Source: Candidatus Blackburnbacteria bacterium (lineage in GTDB: Bacteria; Patescibacteriota; Microgenomatia; UBA8517; UBA10165). From it: a stretch of 64,000 nucleotides of DNA. Below, piece by piece: positions 57,648 to 63,282 of the stretch. The stretch is from NCBI GenBank assembly GCA_016183565.1, contig JACPEJ010000001.1, positions 422,479-486,478 of the forward strand, in the 5' to 3' direction. Position 1 is the stretch's first letter. Each line of letters begins with the position of its first letter. Both the position numbers and the translations under genes were made by a program. The notes beneath the pieces were generated by a model. The model ran no database searches and was not told the DNA's origin. It was given only the letters and a program-made list of their open reading frames with translations.

Positions 57648-57875
57648 TGATATACTACATTAGAGGTAAATGCTTGCCTCTAGATAGCACCTTGACGTTA
57701 GCCGGAAGGAGGTGATACCCAAGAGAAGATACTGTCTCTTTTTCCTGCATTGGGCAGGAAGTGGTTGTGTTTGGTCTGAAAGCTCCAGTGGTTGGAGAGA
57801 AGTCGACAGTCTCGGGCTTAAGTTAGAGGCCTTGGGTTAACAACCCTGTTCAACCTAGACTCAAGGAGTTGGGAA
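57648..57875 (+). ncRNA. Candidate structured leader RNA, copy 4
   Basis: Same architecture; 5' half like copy 3, 3' half like copy 1. Confidence 0.65.
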
Positions 57876-58175
57876 ATGTCTGACAGGGACAGTGATCGCT
57901 CCAGCGGTCGTGATCGTGATGGCGACCGTGACCGGGACCGGGACTCCGGCAGCCGGGACCGTGGTGGTGATCTTTACAGCTCCGACTTTGGCGATGATGT
58001 CAAGGGCGGTAACCTTGACCTAGACAAAGGCGGCAAAGGTAAGGATCATGCTAGTGTCTTTGGCGACGACCGCCATTTCTCTTGGGACATCGATACTAAG
58101 ACTGGCGAGGTCTCAAGGGTACATGGTTGGGAGCATCGAGACAAGGACACCGGTCGCGAGCGTAGTCGCTGGTAA
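57876..58175 (+). CDS. Asp/Arg/Gly/Ser-rich peptide P4
   Basis: N-terminus identical to P1 (MSDRDSDRSS), 'GDLYSSDF', 'HFSWD'. Confidence 0.75.
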   Translation: MSDRDSDRSSGRDRDGDRDRDRDSGSRDRGGDLYSSDFGDDVKGGNLDLDKGGKGKDHASVFGDDRHFSWDIDTKTGEVSRVHGWEHRDKDTGRERSRW

Positions 58176-58283
58176 CCAGGCTAACAACTGAATATGTGAC
58201 TAAGGAGGGGGAGTACTCCATATGGAGATAAAGCGTATGGTCACTACGCAAGGACACAAGTCCTACCCCTCCACCTTTAAAGT

Positions 58284-58664
58284 ATGAAGTCGCTAAATTC
58301 AACAATGTCAAAGTTTGATAGATATTTAAGTGAGACTGTGTTTTCTTCAAAAAACGAGCTGACACAAAAGCAAACAAGAGAGATACTTCTTAGGGCATTA
58401 AAAGACTTTTTCGAAGGCAAGCTCGCTTTAGAGGAACTGGCAAGTATTGCTACTGATATATATTACACTCTGAACAGTCCTTTCAGAATTACAACAGAGT
58501 GGGAACACAGTTTGGGTAATATTCTCGAGAATCTAACCGAAGTTGACTATTATAAAGAGGAAGGAAGAAAAGACAAATATGCTAGGGATATGCATGAGAC
58601 TGTAATGAAAGAACTTGAGGAGTACTACGAAAAGAACAAATGGCGGATTGAGAAGAAAGAATAG
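58284..58664 (+). CDS. Helical immunity-like partner protein I4
   Basis: Paralog of I1 ('ILLRALKDFFEG', 'LGNILE..TEVDY'). Confidence 0.75.
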   Translation: MKSLNSTMSKFDRYLSETVFSSKNELTQKQTREILLRALKDFFEGKLALEELASIATDIYYTLNSPFRITTEWEHSLGNILENLTEVDYYKEEGRKDKYARDMHETVMKELEEYYEKNKWRIEKKE

Positions 58665-58763
58665 TTGACACAGAGTTACGTTATCGCGTAAAACTATGTC
58701 AAGTGTTGGTGTGTTCGAGCGGCCACTCCCGAGGTGCCAACGTATTCCACCTCCCAGGTGGAA
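58665..58763 (+). repeat. Composite REP cluster
   Basis: Same units as at 57431; begins immediately after the I4 stop codon. Confidence 0.85.
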
Positions 58764-58776
58764 TTGTAGCACATGC

Positions 58777-58879
58777 TTGACATGACGGAAGGCGACGGCG
58801 TAAAATAGAGCCGGGGAATAAGCGAAAGCAAAGGGAGTAGTACTTTAACACAAAAATCAGCGGCAACTAGGAGGAGCAA
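58777..58879 (+). promoter_or_regulatory. Promoter, boxA-like site and SD for P5
   Basis: TTGACA-18-TAAAAT, GTACTTTAACA, AGGAGGAG. Confidence 0.6.
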
Positions 58880-59155
58880 GTGCCTAGGGATAGCGGACCC
58901 GCTGAACCGGCTGACCTTTTAAGCGATGGCGGGTCAAGCTCGCGGGATAAAGGTGGCGGTATCACTCACGAAACGATCTACGATAGAGAGCGTGGTACCC
59001 ACATCAGCTGGGATCACGACAAGGACGGCGACTACATCTCGGGTTCTGGTCACACTCGCGACGACCGAGCGAAGAGTACCATCTCGGACTGGGATCAAGG
59101 TCGTGATCGAGATCGGGATCGGGATAGAGGAAAGGACAAAGATTACAGGGGATAA
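58880..59155 (+). CDS. Asp/Arg/Gly/Ser-rich peptide P5 (DR repeats at the C-terminus)
   Basis: 'ITHET', 'HISWD', 'GHTRD' core shared with P1, P2 and P4. Confidence 0.7.
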   Translation: MPRDSGPAEPADLLSDGGSSSRDKGGGITHETIYDRERGTHISWDHDKDGDYISGSGHTRDDRAKSTISDWDQGRDRDRDRDRGKDKDYRG

Positions 59156-59222
59156 AGGCAAAGGTTGGGGATGGTTCTAGACCTCTGAACAAATGAAAGC
59201 AGAAAGGGTTTCCCTTTAAAAA

Positions 59223-59624
59223 CTACTCTTCCCTTTCTGCCCTACCTTTTGTTTTGTCTTCGTAGAACTCGAGTACGTCTTTGAGGAAACTTAGGAAAAT
59301 AGTATCTAACTTTGGTCTTAAAACCCGTCTGACATAGAAATCCATCTCTTCTCCAGCAATTAAGATATCAAGGAATTCCTTACTGAAACTTTTCTCTTTT
59401 TCTATTGCGTTCCACCACAGCTTTCCTGCAACAAAACTTAAGTCGTCAAGAGATATGGCCTCGTCCATAAAATCTCGTACTGCTTTGAGGAATATTCCCT
59501 CAGTTTGTTTTTCATCTACGTCATCGATTGATACTACGCCAACCGAGTGGAGATACTCTGAAAGCCTTTGTTCTATAAACTCTGTCTTTCTCATTCGTTT
59601 TTCTGGGTGTTGATCCTCTTTCAT
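59223..59624 (-). CDS. Helical immunity-like partner protein I5 (convergent with P5)
   Basis: 'IFLKAVRDFM', 'EMDFY'; own TGG-TATAAT 6 nt before the ATG. Confidence 0.7.
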   Translation of the reverse strand: MKEDQHPEKRMRKTEFIEQRLSEYLHSVGVVSIDDVDEKQTEGIFLKAVRDFMDEAISLDDLSFVAGKLWWNAIEKEKSFSKEFLDILIAGEEMDFYVRRVLRPKLDTIFLSFLKDVLEFYEDKTKGRAEREE

Positions 59625-59770
59625 TAGCCAATTATACCATTGTTAAGTCGAAGCTGGCAGTCCTTGTACAGTATCAGAGTTTCGTTGACGTTAGGTAAGT
59701 TGGACTGTGACTTGTTTGCAAGTATCCGGTCTCCAATTATTTGCTGCGGTGTTCTGCCCTTCATTCCATT

Positions 59771-59809
59771 ATACCGGAGGTGCCAACGTATTTCACCTCC
59801 CAGGTGGAA
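59771..59809 (+). repeat. REP element
   Basis: ATACCGGAGGTGCCAACGTATTTCACCTCCCAGGTGG. Confidence 0.8.
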
Positions 59810-59934
59810 AATCATTGCTTTTGTATGGCTTCTGGTTGGGTTATCAAAATTTTCCTTCTTGACAAAGAGTCTTGTAGTTTATGATATAGTGTAAGAGAAG
59901 GTCTAATTAAAGCTCTTTGAAAAGGAGGTGGGCG

Positions 59935-60429
59935 ATGGCTGGCAATGTACAGGGGCTTTGTTTGTCTCGGCGGCGGTTGGGGTTACTGGCAATAGTTGGT
60001 TCTCCAATCTTTGTTGGTGCATGTGCGTGGGGTGACTCGCCGGAAAAAGCTGCGAAGGAGTGGCTTAGTGCTATCTTCAATTCCAGCTTGGCAGTTGATA
60101 AGAAGGTTGGTGAGCGGACTTGTAGAAGTCAGCAGGAAACAGTGTTATCAATTGTCAAGGTTGGTACATCTGGCTTAGTTGAGCGCTACACTGGTGGCAG
60201 AGTTAAGGTGGCGCAAGTAACCACAGTAAGCGTGGGCATCTACAGCTTCTTCTTTGAGACTCTTGCTGTCGTGGGTGATGTTGCCGAGGTACGTGCTCGC
60301 GGGACGTTTGGTTTTACTACGCGTAGTTCTTCGCAAACTATTGAGGTTGACGAGGTATGGCGGATGATCCGCGAAGGAGGGATATGGAAGTGGTGTGGAC
60401 TAGCTTCGTCGGCCTCTAAGCTGCGTTGA
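59935..60429 (+). CDS. Putative lipoprotein
   Basis: SD-led ATG; SRRR plus hydrophobic stretch plus lipobox 'VGAC'; C-terminal 'W.MIREGG.WK.C'. Confidence 0.65.
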   Translation: MAGNVQGLCLSRRRLGLLAIVGSPIFVGACAWGDSPEKAAKEWLSAIFNSSLAVDKKVGERTCRSQQETVLSIVKVGTSGLVERYTGGRVKVAQVTTVSVGIYSFFFETLAVVGDVAEVRARGTFGFTTRSSSQTIEVDEVWRMIREGGIWKWCGLASSASKLR

Positions 60430-60457
60430 CTTGGCTGCGTAGTGGAAGGAGGAGCTG

Positions 60458-60688
60458 ATGGGAGCTATGCTTTTGGCTGTCGGGATTATCCTCTTGGTTG
60501 TTGGGGGATACCAACTGATGTCCATTGGTTCCCAGTACCCGGCTTTTGCAACGCCTGCTCAGGTTCTAGGGGAAGTAGAGGTGCAGCTAAACCTATGGCG
60601 GATTGTTGCTCTGGGTGGGCTTGTTTCGATAGCCGTGGGGCTTGTCATGTTGCTCCGTCGGCCGTCCAAGCCCACTTCACTATCCTAG
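60458..60688 (+). CDS. Small two-TM protein
   Basis: SD AGGAGG; homologous to the N-terminal half of 50367-50810. Confidence 0.65.
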   Translation: MGAMLLAVGIILLVVGGYQLMSIGSQYPAFATPAQVLGEVEVQLNLWRIVALGGLVSIAVGLVMLLRRPSKPTSLS

Positions 60689-60694
60689 AGGAGG

Positions 60695-60976
60695 ATGGTT
60701 GTCGTGACAAAGGAAGGTGCTACTGGTTGGCTGGTGGTTGGTGCCGTCCTTGCCTTGGTAGGTGTTCTGGTATTTCTGGCACAAGGGAGTACGGTGGGTG
60801 AGTGCCAAACGTTTCTAGGGCAGTTGGGTCGAGCTCTGAGTCCAGAGGTTCAGCAGCGCTGTGGTACAGCGAACCTTCTCCGGACTGTCGGCGGAGTTGT
60901 AGCTGTTGGTGGGGTTATTGTAGCTCTAGTTGGCATTGTGCGGCTGGCAGCTTCTAGTACGTCAGAGAAAACGTGA
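60695..60976 (+). CDS. Small two-TM protein with a Cys-closed loop
   Basis: 'ECQTFLGQLGRALSPEVQQRC'; true start may be GTG 60704. Confidence 0.7.
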   Translation: MVVVTKEGATGWLVVGAVLALVGVLVFLAQGSTVGECQTFLGQLGRALSPEVQQRCGTANLLRTVGGVVAVGGVIVALVGIVRLAASSTSEKT

Positions 60977-61002
60977 TCGCCCGACTCGGTCTCTCATCTC
61001 TG

Positions 61003-61071
61003 AGGCCACTGTCGTTGATGGTAAATTCGCTAGTTGCGAATACTCAAAAACGATAGTGGCCTTTTCTTTTT
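61003..61071 (+). terminator. Long-stem terminator
   Basis: AGGCCACTGTCGTT/AACGATAGTGGCCT plus T tract. Confidence 0.7.
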
Positions 61072-61098
61072 GTAAATTTTATAGAACCTACTGCACTC

Positions 61099-61152
61099 TT
61101 ACTAAAGGTGTCAAGCTATAATCCACCTCTAAGGTGTTTAAAAGGTGTCTGA
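61099..61152 (+). repeat. REP element
   Basis: TTACTAAAGGTGTCAAGCTATAATCCACCTCTAAGGTG. Confidence 0.8.
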
Positions 61153-61156
61153 ACAA

Positions 61157-61813
61157 TTAGGGCTTTTCTCCCTTGAAGATCCACTGTGCTGATGTATAAG
61201 TTGGTAGATTACCCCGGGGTGGTGAAGTATGCACACTGTATGCCAAATCAATTGTTCTAAAAGTAGACATTTGTGAGACTACTTCCTCTTGCGTAGCAAA
61301 GTGGTGGGTGATTCCAGCTTCGGGTCCATTTGCGAGAATGAAGGTGTTTGGTTCTATTTCTTTGCCATTTCCATAATCAGAGCATTCAGGAGCAGTGAAC
61401 GTGACATAAACTAGTCCTCCGGAACACAGGGTTCTATGTATCTCGTGTATGCATTTTTGGATATTTGGTGTGGTGTTGTGAGTGATGACACTTCTACACA
61501 CTATTGCGTCAAAGAAATTGTCTGGACATGGGATTTTGGTCATGTCTGCGAAGAATAAACTGGCTTTTAACCCCTCTCGTTGTAACCAATCCTGCGCGTA
61601 TTTGAGACCATTATGGGAAATATCAGAGCCGAACACTTCAAATCCGTGTCTGGCTAATAAAATAACATGTCTGCCAATGCCACACCCTAGATCATAAACT
61701 CGCCTAACCCCTCTTGCCCTTAGCTCATCAGCGAGTACTAAGATTCTGGGGTCACATTTACTTTCTATCTGTATGAATTCAGGCCACCTAAATAGTTCAT
61801 TCCATGCCGGCAT
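61157..61813 (-). CDS. Class I SAM-dependent methyltransferase
   Basis: 'VYDLGCGIGRH', 'GSDIS', 'ADM', 'FDAIV'; SD AAGGAG before ATG 61813. Confidence 0.88.
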   Translation of the reverse strand: MPAWNELFRWPEFIQIESKCDPRILVLADELRARGVRRVYDLGCGIGRHVILLARHGFEVFGSDISHNGLKYAQDWLQREGLKASLFFADMTKIPCPDNFFDAIVCRSVITHNTTPNIQKCIHEIHRTLCSGGLVYVTFTAPECSDYGNGKEIEPNTFILANGPEAGITHHFATQEEVVSQMSTFRTIDLAYSVHTSPPRGNLPTYTSAQWIFKGEKP

Positions 61814-61962
61814 CTTTATTTCTCCTTGTTTTCTATAAGGACTATACTCTGTTCTTAAGTAATTTATCAAGTTACTGCAGAATTACAGGCTTTGATTTCT
61901 CTAGGTTTTCTCTTATAATTTGTGGACACGAGTTATTACCTGGAAAGAGGAAAACTTAATAG

Positions 61963-63282
61963 ATGAAAAAAGTTTATGTGGCAGATATATTGAGGAGGAA
62001 ATGCGGAAACGTAGAGTTGCTTGGTTGGGTAAGTAGAATCCACAGACTTGGGAAGATTGTCTTCATTACTGTTGACGATTCAACGGGTAGTATACAAATA
62101 GTTATCAATAAAAATTCTGTTGATAAACAACTCTGGGACAAAGCTGGTAAGTTGGTGTTGGAAACCGCTGTCAAGGTAAAGGGCAAAATGGCAAATAATT
62201 CCCTTCACAAAAATAAAGAAATTCTAGCAGATGAACTGGAAATTGTAGGGTCATCAGACTTTTCCCTTTCTCCCTCGCCTAGAAGCGACATAGATATATT
62301 TGACCCTCGATTTGCAAAGTTATTACTTGATAAGCGTCACATATATATCAGAAACCCGAGGTATATATACATTTTAAAAGTTCGGCACATCATCATTGGC
62401 TTTATAAGACGTTGGTTTGACGGTGAGGGGTTTGTAGAAATTCAAGCGCCGATTCTGACACCAGTCAATTTATATGAGGACAAGTCTGCAATGCAGATTA
62501 AGATAGATAAGAGGCAGGTATTTCTCACCCAATGTGTTGGTTTTTATTTGGAAGCTGCTGTTCATGCACTAGAGAAGGTTTATAACATTGGTCCAAGTTT
62601 TAGAGCGGAGGAGACGCACTCCCCACGCCATCTTATGGAGTATTGGCACATAAAGTCGGAGGTAGCATTTGCTAACCTAGAGGATATAATAGACCTTGTA
62701 GAAAGATTAATTAAAGATTTAACAATAGAATTAGGAAAAAACCAATGTTTTAACACACCAATTTTGGGTACTAAATTTTGCCTTGACGGATGCAATATCC
62801 CCTTCCCTCGTATAAAGTACACGGAGGCTATAGATTATCTTCATGCAAAGGGTGTAAAAGTTGAATTTGGCAGAAGCCTGGGACCAAAAGGTGAAGTAGA
62901 GCTATCAAGGAAATTTAAAGACACACTATTTTGGATAACCGGCATGCCCCGAAAAGTTGAACCTTTCCCCTATGTAGTAGATTCTGCTGACAGCAGAGTG
63001 ACACGAACAGCTGATCTTATTGCAAGTAGAGGTTTTGGTGAACTGCTGGGTGTCGCTGAGAAGATCTCAGATATTAATAGTCTTAAAGGGAGGATGAGGG
63101 AAAAGGGTAAGCTGAATGATCTTCGATACAAATGGGTAGAAGAGGTGCACCAATTGGGTTGTGTACCTCATGCCGCAATGGGGATGGGGGTTGAAAGATT
63201 AGTCAGATGGATATTGGGCATTCCCCATGTCAAAGACACAATACCGTTTCCACGCCTTTTTAGGAGGAGAGTTTATCCTTAG
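61963..63282 (+). CDS. Divergent asparaginyl-tRNA synthetase-like protein (class IIb)
   Basis: OB domain, motif 2 'GPSFRAE...RHLMEYWH', motif 3 'GMGVERL', 'IPFPR'; substrate-pocket residues are atypical. Confidence 0.75.
   Translation: MKKVYVADILRRKCGNVELLGWVSRIHRLGKIVFITVDDSTGSIQIVINKNSVDKQLWDKAGKLVLETAVKVKGKMANNSLHKNKEILADELEIVGSSDFSLSPSPRSDIDIFDPRFAKLLLDKRHIYIRNPRYIYILKVRHIIIGFIRRWFDGEGFVEIQAPILTPVNLYEDKSAMQIKIDKRQVFLTQCVGFYLEAAVHALEKVYNIGPSFRAEETHSPRHLMEYWHIKSEVAFANLEDIIDLVERLIKDLTIELGKNQCFNTPILGTKFCLDGCNIPFPRIKYTEAIDYLHAKGVKVEFGRSLGPKGEVELSRKFKDTLFWITGMPRKVEPFPYVVDSADSRVTRTADLIASRGFGELLGVAEKISDINSLKGRMREKGKLNDLRYKWVEEVHQLGCVPHAAMGMGVERLVRWILGIPHVKDTIPFPRLFRRRVYP

Noticed and set aside
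53015-58175. Diversity-generating retroelement or retron
   Set aside because: No reverse transcriptase in the window and no template/variable repeat pair with adenine-specific differences
51382-61152. CRISPR array made of the recurring ~35-bp palindromic repeats
   Set aside because: Repeats are degenerate, spaced 0.6-2 kb apart around whole genes, and no cas genes are present; they match the RAYT-flanking REPs
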